From: Ostrea edulis
Taxonomy: Eukaryota
Assembly (NCBI RefSeq): GCF_947568905.1
Contig: NC_079164.1
Location: forward strand, 16,368,001-16,432,000
Length of the DNA: 64,000 nt
Direction of reading: 5' to 3'
Both the position numbers and the translations under genes were made by a program. This document shows positions 1-12,990 of the stretch, one piece after another; within the stretch, counting starts at the first letter, position 1; every line of letters begins with the position of its first letter. Below the pieces are notes generated by a model. That model made no database searches. It saw only the letters and a program-made list of their open reading frames with translations, and was not told the DNA's origin.

Positions 1-1227
1 GAAGCACCTTGTGTAGATAATGTAGTTAAGGAAATTTAGCCATGGGGACACGCGATGATGTTGAGATCTTTTAAAGTGTTAATTTTAGATTCATATATTT
101 GCTTTCATAAGCGGAATCAATGCTAACATAATGCATGGTAAGATCTAAATGAACTCTTATAATTTAATTGATTAGTTACATGTATTTAGATTGTCGCTAG
201 AATTAAATATGCAGATTTCCACAAAATTTAGAAAATTAGTAATAATTAATAAATGTATATTAGAAAAATTCAGTATTTCTCAAATGATACCTCATTCATT
301 TCAAATATGGATCCGATGCACAGTAGACTCGTCAACAACGAAAGGTAAATCAACGAAGTTTTATTTAGATACATAAAAAAACCCATTTCTGATAGTACAT
401 GAGTAAGTACAATGTATAAAACACAATAAAACATGAAGAAAATTTAGGTAAAACTACAATGAATAAATTAAAACGGTATAGATAAAAATATATATAAAAT
501 AATTATGCAATTACATCACCGGTAGGTAGTAAAAGTCCTTAATAGCTAACAGCCCTGAACATACATGTATATATTAACAAAACGAATTAACGAACAATGG
601 CTCTCTTTTTCACAATAAAAACATATAAACCAAACTCTGATACAAGACATTTCGAAATTCAATTGGCAAATAGTTTTTAACCTGACACCTTAGAAATATT
701 CCAATTCTAAACCTTTACAAATTGTGAACTACTTTTAAAATTGTTCACGATTACCAATATACCAGGTTTCGTTGTAAAGTCTGTTTTGTTAAAATATAAA
801 CAGAAATTTAAAAGACATTTGGCACGATAATATTTAACAGCTAATGAGAACATCAAACACTGTAAAATACATAGTATTTACCTTCCTGTCAGAAAATGAA
901 CAAAAAGGTTGCTTTTTGAATCACCTGATACATCGCTGTTCAAACAATCGATAAAAGTCAAGTGAAAGTATCACTAACCGATCTTAAAATCACACGGACC
1001 GTTAACGACTCTAAGGAACTGATACCATCACGAACATCATCAACTTTCAAATGGACACAACATATTTATACAGGTAGCCAATAATGCACGAAAGCAATGC
1101 ATGTTCAGCAAAATAATACAACGGACACCGGATACATATCAACGATTTGGCACTGCGCAGTCCATCTGAGATCTAATTTAAGCAATATTTAAACGAGTAC
1201 AGTTAATCTTTTTTTCATTAAAACATA

Positions 1228-1610
1228 CAACATCAGAAATACGCGTTTAATGATGGATATGACTTATGGAATATGAATTATCACAGAACTATGGCACTCT
1301 CACAGAAACAGGAATATAACGTAACGCGAAGTTCCTCATCAATATATCCTCGATAAATTCCATCAGTCAACACGATGCGGCCCCTACAATGGCGTGCATG
1401 CCCGTTAGTTCTTTCATGTGGACGGATATGCTTCTTCACCTTTTCCTGAAAAATAAGGTGCATAAAATCAAAAGGATATAAAAGTGGAATTCTACTTCAA
1501 AATGACAATGTAAGTATCATATAGTAACACAAAATAGTGATGCACTGGAATTTATAGGTAGTCAATTGGCTTTCTCTATTTGTGTTTAGGTTTCTTGTAC
1601 TGGTACATAC
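1228..1610 (-). other. 3'-UTR intron (1610-1446, 165 nt) and non-coding last exon of BH3 gene A
   Basis: Donor CAA|GTATGT lies 14 nt after TAA. Acceptor is ccttatttttcag|G at 1446. ATTAAA at 1251-1246 is followed by a GU-rich tract. Confidence 0.6.
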
Positions 1611-1624
1611 TTGCATATTATTCC

Positions 1625-1873
1625 TTAGAATTTTCTTGTCGAACCCCGAATAAAGCTCCTAAGGAACGTCCATTTTTGTTTTAAGTCTCCAAAAATGGCA
1701 TCTTTAAGTCGATTTTCAAGAAGTGCGAGAAAGTTTAACCTTATATCAGAATATTCACGATCTATGTCGTCTCCGATTTCTTGTAATCTCCGGGCAACAT
1801 CGTGAATTATTTTTTCTTGGTACTCATCGGTCTGTGTAAAATCAGTACATACTGTAGATACTGTACAATCCAT
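1625..1873 (-). CDS. BH3-only-like protein A (82 aa, single coding exon)
   Basis: MDCTVST...QEKIIHDVARRLQEIGDDIDREY...LKDAIFGDLKQKW...RKF*. The core VARRLQEIGDDID (1760-1798) fits h1-small-x-x-L-x-x-I-G-D-x-h4-D. The ATG at 1873 has strong context (CAAAATGG). The track's ATG at 1963 lies only ~17 nt from the TATA box, so it is probably upstream of the TSS. Paralogous to 14732-14959 and 22514-22756. Confidence 0.8.
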   Translation of the reverse strand: MDCTVSTVCTDFTQTDEYQEKIIHDVARRLQEIGDDIDREYSDIRLNFLALLENRLKDAIFGDLKQKWTFLRSFIRGSTRKF

Positions 1874-1953
1874 TTTGAAAATATTTTCTGTTCGGACGCT
1901 GAAACTTCTACCATTAAAACTTAGGGGTACCGCAAGGCAGCCGAGGAAATTTA

Positions 1954-2079
1954 TCGATGCCATAACATTGTTGAGTAGACTTATATACTAGTTGTTCAAC
2001 TTGGTCCAAACCAAAGCTACCATACGATTGGCTTAAAATCTGGGTCAGTAGCCTAAGCTTCTGTTACGAGGGAAATCAC
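1954..2079 (-). promoter_or_regulatory. Core promoter of BH3 gene A
   Basis: TATATAAG at 1987-1980, CCAATC at 2031-2026, CAGTAGCCTAA at 2046-2056 (+), and kB-like GGGAAATCAC at 2070-2079 (+). Order and spacing match genes B and C. Confidence 0.7.
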
Positions 2080-3699
2080 TTATCTGAGCAGTATTACAGT
2101 ACTGAAAGGTTGATGACCTACTGAAAGGTATGGGATGGAATTAGGGTAATGATTATTCATCACATGATGCATATTCATTGAACTCTTCAAAAAATGAAAT
2201 AAATGCATACTGTGAATTTCTTTAACCACTCATTTACTGTTACACAAAACATGAAACTGATTTTTAGATTTTATGCAATTTAAATATTTTCTTTTAATGA
2301 ATTATGAAATGTGATATTTTGCATAACGTCTGAATATACTTCGAAAATTCATCTGTTTTCTATAATTGTCACTACCATGAGCTTGTGGTTCGCTGATGCA
2401 ATTTTATTCTGAATATATAATATCTTTTTATTAACATCTTGAGATTTAGTAGGAGATAAAGATTTTGAAGCCTACTAATTAATACTTGTGTCTGTTGTAC
2501 CCGATCCAAATTAACCTAAAATAGCCGGGGCCACTGATCGGAAAAGGTGTGAAATGACCGTCGTGTTTAATACGCTATACAAACTGAAAACCGCATTAGA
2601 AATTAACAATCACTTTACTTTTATTGTGCACATTCGGCTGTTCAACTGCAGGTGTGAATGTATTACAAGTAATTTACTATCATTACACGATTTTAAACAC
2701 TTCTAATGGGTTTTCCATTCACAGTCCTGTTGATCTTCTAATCACAGTAGACATGACTCAGTTTGAGACATCCATATATTTCTATCTACTTATTCCATAT
2801 TTCCCTCTTTGCTCAACAAATCCAAAATGACACCACAATATTATTCTTGTTTAAGATCATAATAGAAAACCTGAAGAAAGACTTTATAGGCACTGTCTTT
2901 ATCCTACCTTATAGTCAATTATTTGAATAACTGCTTGTATATTGCTTAGATTAAAAGAGTATTTATAATCTAAAAACAATTGCGTTGACCTACAGTTGAA
3001 ACAGTAAATTCTTCTTTTTTTAGACAAACTTCAGAAAAGGGCGTTTTTGTATTTTTAGCTTTATTCATTCCAACTCGGGGACAGCGGTAAGAAACCAACA
3101 TGTTGTGTAGTTTTTATTTTTTTTTTCATTTTGCAAAAAGGTTAAAAGACATTTGCATAAACAAATTTGCGAAGGTGTAGAAATCAACAATGCAAATTAC
3201 AATTGAAAGAACTTCTTTTCTTGAAATACTGAATCACTGGAAACCTAAAATTGGGACTAATTGCAAATGAATTCTGTCCTTTTATCACATCTCTCTCATT
3301 TACTGTCATACGTCGACACATAGCAAACTTCATTACGGGGAATCGACTTTGGTTAAGGGCTGGAAGTCTTATAATAAAGGTACAGGAAAATCTGCCAATC
3401 TTTTAATCAAATCCTTGGGTTTCCCGACTCTTCCTGGTAATGCGATCTAACGCATCAATTAGGGGATATCTGTGAGGATCTAGTGAAAACTCACAAGAAA
3501 AGGGTACTGACCACACGTTTATGCGATCGATGGGACTTCATTTACAGTATCAAATTGGGTCTTCCTGGCAAAATTGATTGCAAAGCGTTACATTTTACAT
3601 CCTGTCATTTAATTCTAGAAAATAAATGTCAAGAGAAATGATCTGTTTTTCTTATTATCGGTTTTGATTAAAACTTTTGTGATGAGGAATTATCATTAT

Positions 3700-5308
3700 C
3701 TATTTCTTATAATTTTTAAATTTTTGTGAGAAAATGTGTTTTCGACGAAAATGCATTTTCATTTGTTCCTGTGTAAATGCTTTCAAAACTTCACGCGTTC
3801 CATCAACAATTATCCTTTCACCATTTTCACGCACAAAACTACATGCAAGGGATTGATAACAACAGCATGAAATGCTGATGACTGCGTCATTATGTATATG
3901 CACAAATAAAACAAAATAATTAATTACCACACCGATTATTATAATTAACATTATCATTATGAAACCTTATTTGACAGTTTTGCTTTTTTTACAATATAGA
4001 TTAAACTCGAGCAACAATTTGTCATCCCTGTTAGTGAGTAGTTTTGCTGCATATGCTCACTGATAAAATCAATGTGTATACGGTGAGAGTGTTCGGTGAG
4101 ACTTGTGCACTATTGATGTGTGTATGGCAGGTGCACAAGCCTCAGAGGACGGAGGGATAACCGACTAATTGGAACTGAGGTCACTGATTTATAAGTAATA
4201 ACCCAATCTGCTTGATATACTTTGATTTATGTGTATGCATCTTCATATCATTAATGTGTGCGCTTCACCTTGATGGACATGTCGATCAACGGTTTTCTGT
4301 ATCGTGTGGGGATGCTTGAAAGAAAGAAAACCGAATTAGAATTATTATCAATAACATTATTCATGGATGGGTGAATAATATTTGAATTATTATTCTTTAT
4401 AAGAAAAAACCAGAATCCTTTTAAAAATACGCAAATTGCGTAAATATATATGTTTAATTATTTTGTAAAGCATTTTCATATATGCACTAAATTTTTAAAA
4501 TTAAAGACAATAAATACAATGTAAATTCATTTTAATGCATTTTTTTCCAAAATAAAGATTGAACAAAATGTAGTATTTAATGTATGATTTAGTTAAACTG
4601 CACATTGGTTGACGCCACGATGTTTAGGTCCAAAATTGATATCGTAGACCACTCGCGGCATGGTTGACTACAATATTGATTAAAATTCTATGATATTCTA
4701 TAGAATTAGGCGGATATAGAATTTTTTGTACCTCTCTCCATCACATCACTGTAAACTGTATTTGACTGTGTCTACTGGTAGTACATGTACACGCGCATGT
4801 ATTAAACTATTCTGTAGTACCAGTGCCTAAATGCATATTGATGGAAAGATTTCGGGAATGTAAATTTCCTTTGTAGTAGGGTTTACCCTTTTTCCTATAC
4901 CTTTACAAGTAATGTCAAGCAGTCCACTAGTGGTATTCGAGTCTAATGATCGAGTGATAATCATTTTGGATTTTAAATTCTGAATGAAGTTAAGCTAAGC
5001 TCATTACCGTGTGGATCTTTTTTTTATCAGAATGAATAGGATGTAGGTGGTAATTTTAACTGTCCAGTTTCGGAAACACTTCACAGCCTGTTCACACGTT
5101 AATCTGAAATATAAAACAAACATGCATTTTTTAGAGATTCGTAAATCCTATTCCGATTCATACAAATTTAACTGACCGTGAAACACTTTAATACGATTAT
5201 TATGGGGCGTCATCCTTACTGATTTTACACATCGAAGAATAGCATACACATGTAGTACCGTGCATGACGTATAGTAATTTCTCTTCTCTTTAATTCATCT
5301 TCACTCAT
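3700..5308 (-). CDS. Speculative 3-exon small ORF (5308-5259, 5103-5008, 3838-3700)
   Basis: GT-AG sites give in-frame phase-2 joins: MSEDELKRREITIRHAR / LTCEQAVKCFRNWTVKITTYILFILIKKRSTR / FVRENGERIIVDGTREVLKAF...KK*. No recognisable domain, and the first donor (GTACTA) is weak. Confidence 0.2.
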
Positions 5309-8077
5309 TGTAGGATAGTACTGAAAAATATATACCATAAAAATAAAATAGTATTAGAATAAAGTTAGAACCTTACAAATACAACAGATAAAGAAAACTT
5401 AAGGTAAACATATTGGAGTTAATCATTGTAAATGCTGAATGTCTTGCAGACTTTTATATTTGCCTTTGTTTCATTGGCCATTGATCATTTTCTGTTATGA
5501 TATTCTATTACTTTGTAGTGTTCATATCAAATAATTATGATTCATTTTCCTCCTACTATTTCAGTTATAAATTTATCTACTACTTCGCTAAAAGTAGACT
5601 AGTATATACATGTATATATATAATGCTCAACAGAAGGGCGAGGGTCAGTGACTGTAGGAAGGAAATAAAACAGAATCAGGTTCAACACAGGAGATCGTGT
5701 AGTATACAAACAATCCTACATTAAACACATTAGAATTCGTTGTCGTTTTCACAATTTTTTTTTCAATGTTGTGTACTTCGATTCATGAACACCTGTCACC
5801 AGGTTGGGTAAGGATTACTATATTTAACCCCTGAATATATAATCCCCTACAGGTGTCCTCATAATGCTTGATATAAGCCCCACAAATGCACTGTGAAGTG
5901 GTTCCTATATAGACTGTGCAATAAGGTCTTGCAAACAAAATAAGCATTGTTAATGGAATGACGTGTAGCTAGTGTACATGGAATTACTGAAGTTAATATG
6001 ATGTTTGTGTGGAAAGAATAGGAATATATTATTTGATATATTTCATCGCGTTTATAGAAAAATAAGATAGTGCATATATTACTGTAAACAATGCGAGAAA
6101 TTTAAATCTTCTCTTAAGATTCGTGTAAAAATATAATTACGGATTCGGGGGGGGGGGTATTTTACAGAAAGGTACGCGTCGTCCGCCAGCTGTATCGATA
6201 GAGGGTGTGTGCAACCTCAATTACAGTTATTCCCAATTAGTAAAAATTATGCGTTTTGCAATTCAATATCATGCTACATAATTTGTAATATAATTGTTTT
6301 CTTTTTAACCATTTTTCTTAGTACAATTTATCATTTTCAGGAAGGATTTTCTCTTTGAGTTAGTCGTTAGTTCCGGTAGAATCTCGAACCCGACTTCATT
6401 TATCCGTACTTCGTATTGCTATTGCAAAAAGTTAGTTTAGGCAATGCTTTAAATTTTATGTTCGCTATGTGTTTTAAAAAGTTTGGTTATTCTTGATGCA
6501 CATAGCTTTACTGTCTATATTCAACAGAAATCAAAGTAGATGTACATGTATTGATGTGTAATGTGCTAATGGAGATGAACGATCGGGCGGGGTATTCATA
6601 ACTATGAATAATTAGGGTTGCTAACAAAAATGCTTCACCGATTTCTTGACTTAATAGAAGTTGACGTATTTATAATTTTACTCTTACCGTAATATGTCAT
6701 TTTCTATGCAAATGCAATGCAATTAGCTGAATAAACATCACAAATTCCTTTTTTTTTATTTCCAGTTAACAAGAGCACCTAACCGATACCCTATATATGT
6801 ATGTCTCGTATATCATACAACAAAGCATTTTTAAAACTCTGTAACGATTGCAGTAAATATGTTAAAAAGTTCACATATTCCACTTCTACCCCAAAAGCAA
6901 ATGACACAGTTTAATAATTTCAGTCACTGCTAAATATTAAAGAGAAGGAAATAGCAACATCCATACCCTTGCCGTTTTTATTTTGATTTGAATTACTTGT
7001 GTTGGAAGTATTTGTATGCTGCACAGATGAAATTGAAAGGAGACTGTTTAATTTCATTGATGTGGAAAAGAAGTGGAGTAACTATGTCCTAGATATTTTC
7101 CCACATAAGTTTCAAATCTGTACCATGATGTTGCTATGCATACATGTAAACGTGTTAGGAATTACAGTAGTATACAACATATGACTATCAAGGTGTCAAA
7201 ATAAGAAATTTATTATCAAATAACATGGTATTAAATTGTATTATCACTATTGATTATAGTGCTGTTTTGTTTAGCTGCAATACACATACACTGCTGATAA
7301 AATTTCGTTTTCCCACACGCTCTTATCTGTTGGAATACACCAGCGTTGGTAGAGCTAATTACATTGCCTCAACTGAAAAAAAAGTATCAGGCATGACTGC
7401 TTCATCAAAGCAGTAAGTGAACTTCGAATGCACGTGTGAATTTTGACACTGAAATATACACTTTAAGTAACATGTAACTATTCTAGAAAATTCATATTCA
7501 ATATAAAACACATTTTATATAATGTAAATTGGGTATTTCTTTATCATCAAATTTGTTGTGCAAGACTACGTTCTTAGAGGTCTGAAAATAATAAATCATT
7601 AAAAATTTGTCGCAGCAATGAAATCAAGATCCATAAGAAAGTTAATGCATTGAGATTAGATAAATTGAAATGCTTACTTTTTAGCAAAATTTAGGACAAA
7701 CTTTGAAAATATATGAGCATGGAGGCAGTTCTAGTTTTGAATAGGTGTAAACCTTACCGAAAAACGTCTGCAAAGACATTGATATATTTGGCCAAAACAA
7801 TATCCAAGTACTTGACCAACGTATATGGTATAAGCAAAAAGATAACATAAATGGTGTCTCTATACAGTAGGTATGGAATTTAGAAAGCTAATCAAATTCA
7901 TTCATTTCAGTAATATATCCAATATCTATATATTGCTTACAACATATACCTGACAAGATTACAGCGACTACAATTTTCAAGTCTTCCCAGAATTTCCTTG
8001 AAGGTATTAAATCCCCATCTTGTTCTTCTACACAATATTTCATAAATGCTTTAAAGAGAAGGGGATTTGTTGTAATA

Positions 8078-9065
8078 TGAAAGGTGAAGATAACGAACAG
8101 TGATCAATCTCATAACTCGTATAAGCAATGCAAAATAGAGAGTTGGGCAAACACGGACCCCTGGACACACCAGAGGTGGGATCAGGTGCCTAGGAGGAGT
8201 AAGCATCCCCTGTCGACCGGTCACGCCCGCCGTGAGCCCTATATCTTGATTAGACCTAGGTAAACGGAGTTATCCGTAGTCAAAATCAGTGTGCCAAGAA
8301 CGGTCTAACAACCGGTATGAAACAAGTCAGACAGCATTTGACCGAATGATAGGTTGTATTGGCAAACTAGATTGTTATAACAACCATAGAATTTGCGAAA
8401 TACTGTCTTTAAACGAGACTGTTGAAACACCTGCACCATCAACTTCTTTGTCAGTAGCCTGCCTCGATTTAAAAACTGACCTTACGTAGAACAAGCTCCT
8501 GCGTATCGAATTAGTTGAGATATAAACACCATATGCAGGTGATTATGGAATATTGCTATATAAATATGGAAACATGACGATGCAGAAGCTGAATTCATCC
8601 CGTATGTCATAAAATTGAGTTGTTAGTTTGCCGTTAATATATACTTTCAATAAAATATCTAAGTATGATGCAGACGTGGACGACTCTGTGGTTTCTTTTA
8701 TTTCGAGTTCACAGGGATATATCGAATCGACGTATGAATGAAAGTTATTATTGTTGATAGATAAAACGCCGTTGATATATCTAAATGTCGAATTGAAGAC
8801 CACAGAGAGATATTTATTCTTCTCGTGTAGAAGTTTTTGAATAAATTCTGCTTCATCGGAAAATAAAAACAGGTCAGCTAACAAAGGAGCACAATTCATG
8901 CCCATGGAAATTTCAACAGACTGTTGGAAGAACTGATCACCAAAGACCACGAAGATATTGTTAATGAGGAACACCAGCATATTTTTTATTTCAACTTCAG
9001 AGTACTTGTGCGTGGAACCAGAGTGGTGTTAACAAAGTAATTTTTTGGATGACTGATCACTAGTT
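8078..9065 (-). mobile_element. Penelope-like retroelement, 5'-truncated, degenerate RT plus 3' terminus
   Basis: ORF 8543-8980 reads SMGMNCAPLLADLFL...FRYINGVL (YIDD mutated)...SASYLDILL...SNIP. The family terminus TGAAAGGTGAAGATAACGAACAGTGATC is at 8078. Confidence 0.85.
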
Positions 9066-9109
9066 ATAAATTTTGTGGCTTTTTTTTTTTTTTTTTTTTT
9101 TTAAAGAAG

Positions 9110-10012
9110 CAACTGTCTATGATATCCCTGTGAGCTCGAAATAAAAGACAACACAGAGTCGTCCACTTCTGCTTCATACTTAGATATTTTATTGAAAGTA
9201 GACATTAACGGCAAACTAACAACTCAATTTTATGACATACGTTTTTGGCACACTGATTTTGACTGCGGATAACTCCGTTTACCTGATCAGGATATGGGGC
9301 TCACGGCGGGTGTAACCGGTCAACAGGGAATGCTTACTCTTCCTAGGCACCTGATCCCACCTCTGGTGTGTCCAGGGGTCCGTGTTTGCCCAACTATCTA
9401 TTTTGTATTGCTTGTAGGAGTTATGAGATTGATCACTGTTCGTTATCTTCACCTTGCATTAACGGCAAACTGACAACTCAACTGTATGACAAACGGGATG
9501 ATTTCAGCTTCTCCATCGTCAACTTCCAGTATTTATGTAGCAATATTCCATTATCACCTGCATATGGTGTTTATATTTCTCAACTGATTCGATACGCAAG
9601 AGCTTGTTCTGCGTATAGTCAGTTTTTAAATCGAGGCAAGCTACTGACAAACAAGTTGATGGTACAGGGATTTCAACAGTCTCGATTGACGTCAGCATTT
9701 AGCAAATTCTATGGTCGTTATAACAATCTAGTTCGTCAATACAACCTATCATTGGGTCAAATGCTGTCTGATATGTTTCATACCGATTGTTAGGCCGTTC
9801 TTGGCACACTGATTTTGACTACGGATAACTCCGTTTACCTGATCAGGATATAGGGCTCAAGACGGGTGTGACCGGTCGACAGGGAATGCCTACTCCTCCT
9901 AGGCACCTGATCCAACCTCCGTGTGTCCAGGGGTCCGTGTTTGTCCAACTATCGACTTTGTATTGCTTATAGGAGTTACGAGATTGATCACTGTTCGTTA
10001 TCTTCACCTTCC
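9110..10012 (+). mobile_element. Penelope-like element, two tandem 3' pieces, inverted relative to 8078-9065
   Basis: RT thumb LYDKRDDFSFSIVNF...SNIPLSPAYGVYISQLIRYARACS...MFHTDC*. The terminal segment occurs twice, ending at ~9455 and ~10012. Confidence 0.85.
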
Positions 10013-10257
10013 ATCAAAGAGTGTAGTCAGTGTAAAGAAATTGTGGATTCTAAAGAAATTTTAGTACATTTGAAATGACAAAACTTTTTTTTCAAATCAA
10101 CAACATCAACACAGATGATTTTTCAACACTTTACATGACGAATCATCAAAATAAATCAAATACTAAACTTTTCCCACATCATAGACAGTTGTTTCTACAA
10201 CAGAAATGAAAAAAGGAAATATTCATATTTTGTGATCAGACATTCAAAAAATTACTT

Positions 10258-11845
10258 TCTAATATTCAATTATTACCTGCATATGGTGTTTATGTCTCTC
10301 AACTGATTCGATACACAAGAGCGTGTTCTGTGTATGATTAGTTTTTAAATCAACGCAGGCTACTGAAAAACAAGTTGTTGTTACAGGGGTTTCAACAGTC
10401 TCGTTTAAAGTAAGAATTTTGTATATTCTAAGGTCGTTATAACGATCTAGTTCGTCAATACAACCTGGCATTAGGTAAAATGCTGTCTGACCTGTTTGAT
10501 ACCAATTGTTAGGCCGTTCTTTACACACTGATATTGACTACGGATTACTCCGTATATCCTATCAAGATATAGGGCTCACGGCGGGTGTGATCGGTCGACA
10601 GATAATGATTACTCCTTCTAGGCACATGATTCCCCTTATGGTATGCCTAAGGGTCCGTGTTTACCTAACTCTAAATTTTGTATTCCTTATAAGAGTTATG
10701 CAATTAGATCCCTGTCGTTATCTTCACTTCTTCGTAGTCAAACTTTTCCTTGATTACTTCATTGTCTTTGGCTTATTTCCTTGTTCATATGACAGACATA
10801 ACTGCCTTCACTAAGAACTATAAAGGACTAGAAAGCTTTCTATTGTTTAAAAGTCCATATATTGAATAGATTAACACATCTGTATCACTAAATACAATGG
10901 CATTGCTGGATATTAGATATTTACTTAAAACTTCTACATAAGAAAAAAATAATGTTGTGGCCTGCAGCTACACATTTAGATATATCGACGACGTTTTACC
11001 AATTCAAAAAATACTCAAGATCATTCATGATCAAGACATAAGACTCACAGCGGGTGTGACCTGTCGACAGGGGATGCCTACTCCTCCTAGGCACTCAATC
11101 CCTCTTCTGGTGTGCCCAGGAGTCCGTGTTTGCCCAACTCTCTATTTTGTATTCCTTATAGGAGTTATGAGATTGTTCATTGTTCGTTATCTTCACCTTT
11201 CATATCTCGCTTTAATATATTCCAAATGAACTGGAAATCGAAAACCAGTCTTCCACATCTGCTTCACATTTAGATATTTTATTGAAGATAAATGTTAATG
11301 ACAAACTAACAACTCAACTGTATGACAAAAGGAATTACTTCAAGTTCTCCATCGTCAACTTCCCATCTTTATGTAGTAATATTCCATTATCACCTGCATA
11401 TGGTGCACATCCCTCAACTGATTCGATATGCAAGAGCTTGTTCTGCTTATGGTCATGTTTTAAATCGAGGCAAGCTACTGACAAACAAGTTGATGATAGA
11501 GGGGTTTCAATTGTCTGGATTAAAATCAGAATTTTGCGAATTCTATGATCTTTATTGCGATCTAATTTACCAATACAAGCTGGGTAAAATGATGCCTGAC
11601 ATGTTTCATGCCAAATGAAACCGCTCTTTACACACTGAGTTTGACTACTGATTACTCCGTTTGCATACCCGATCGAGAAATATGGCTCATGGCGGTTGTG
11701 ACCGGTCGACAGGGGATGCTTACTCATCCTGGGCACATGATCCCGCCTCTGGTATGTCCAGCGGTCTGTGTTGGCCCTACTCTTAAATTTGTATTCCAAT
11801 TAGGAGTTATGAGATTGATCACTGTTCATTGTTTTCATCTTTTCC
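10258..11845 (+). mobile_element. Three further degenerate Penelope-like 3' fragments (10258-10730, 10955-11200, 11235-11845)
   Basis: Same RT-thumb peptides (FRYIDDVL at ~10975; QLIRYARACS) and the same terminal sequence. Confidence 0.8.
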
Positions 11846-12139
11846 TAAACTTAGTACATGAATTCCACAATTTTGAATGAAAGCCATATAAATACAATAT
11901 AAATAGTTTTTTCTGCTGAATGTCCAGAAATACATGCAATTTTTTTTTATGAAATATTCATTTTTCAATATATGATAAGTTAACACTAATCTAAGTTCCA
12001 TGGATTTTAGAAGTTTAGTAGAGTGAAGAGGGCTCATTACATGTTATATATCATAGGTATACAAAGAGTTTGACAGTTAGATGTCAAAAAATGAAGACAA
12101 TTTTTAAACACAATACATATTCAATACGAGATGTTCAAC

Positions 12140-12990
12140 TTAGCGTCATATGGGGCCTGGATATTAGTAATGAATGTTTAAGGTTTTCAAAAAGATATTA
12201 CTTCTCATTATGATCATGCTAAAAGTTTGCCTGCTTGGTGTCCGGAAGTAAATGCTTTCTAAAACGTATTGCAATGACAACATATGATCAACTAAACCCC
12301 ATCCTGGAGTCTGAACTCTAAAACCCAGGGGTCATAAATTTCACATTGCTTATCAAAATTATGCAAACATTTTTTACCTTCTTGCTTTCAAGGAGAAACT
12401 ATTTTCTGAAATATATTGCATTTCCAATAAATGATCAACTAAGCCCTGGTACCTGAGCCCTGGGGTCATGAATTTCACAACTTTGGAAAAGGGTTCAATG
12501 TCCATTTTAATCATACACATGCCTCCTTTGATATCCAGAACTAAAGAGGAATATATTCTAAGATACAATGCACCATTGATATGTTCAGGGGTCCTTGTTT
12601 TTCCTTCTCTTAAATTTGTATCTTTGATAGGATTTATGAGATTGATCACTGTTCGGTATCTTCACTTGCTAATTTGCAATATAAGACCAACTTAACCAAG
12701 GGCCTGAACCCAGAGTTAATTAATTTCACAGTTGTGGAAATGGCCCATTTCTCATTATAATTATGCAGTTTGACTGCTTGTTGTCCAGAAGTAAATATTA
12801 CATTGATTTTGATGGTTTTGGCCACACACCCTCAGGCCCAAGGAGACAGAGACATTGAAAAAATTCAGGTTTTATTCCTTTCATGCATATATGTTATAAA
12901 CTAGAATTAAGTAAAATTGCTCCAGCCGTTCCAGAGAAGAATCTGAAAATGTTCAAACACACGACTAACGAGTGACTTGGGTAACCTGAA
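12140..12990. mobile_element. Degenerate non-autonomous Helitron/HINE-like repeat
   Basis: Internal ggggtcat(g/a)aatttcaca repeats at ~12328 and ~12462. Ends in gagtgacttgggtaacctgaaaaa, resembling a common bivalve subterminal palindrome. Confidence 0.4.

Noticed and set aside
1281-1445. Exon-2 ORF containing CRGRIV / DGI, superficially like BH1 (DGxNWGRIV)
   Set aside because: The motif order is wrong, there is no NW, and the only good donor lies after the gene A stop codon.
1874-1963. N-terminal extension MASINFLG... of gene A in the ORF track
   Set aside because: The ATG is ~17 nt from the TATA box, upstream of the expected TSS. The paralogues start at positions equivalent to 1873.
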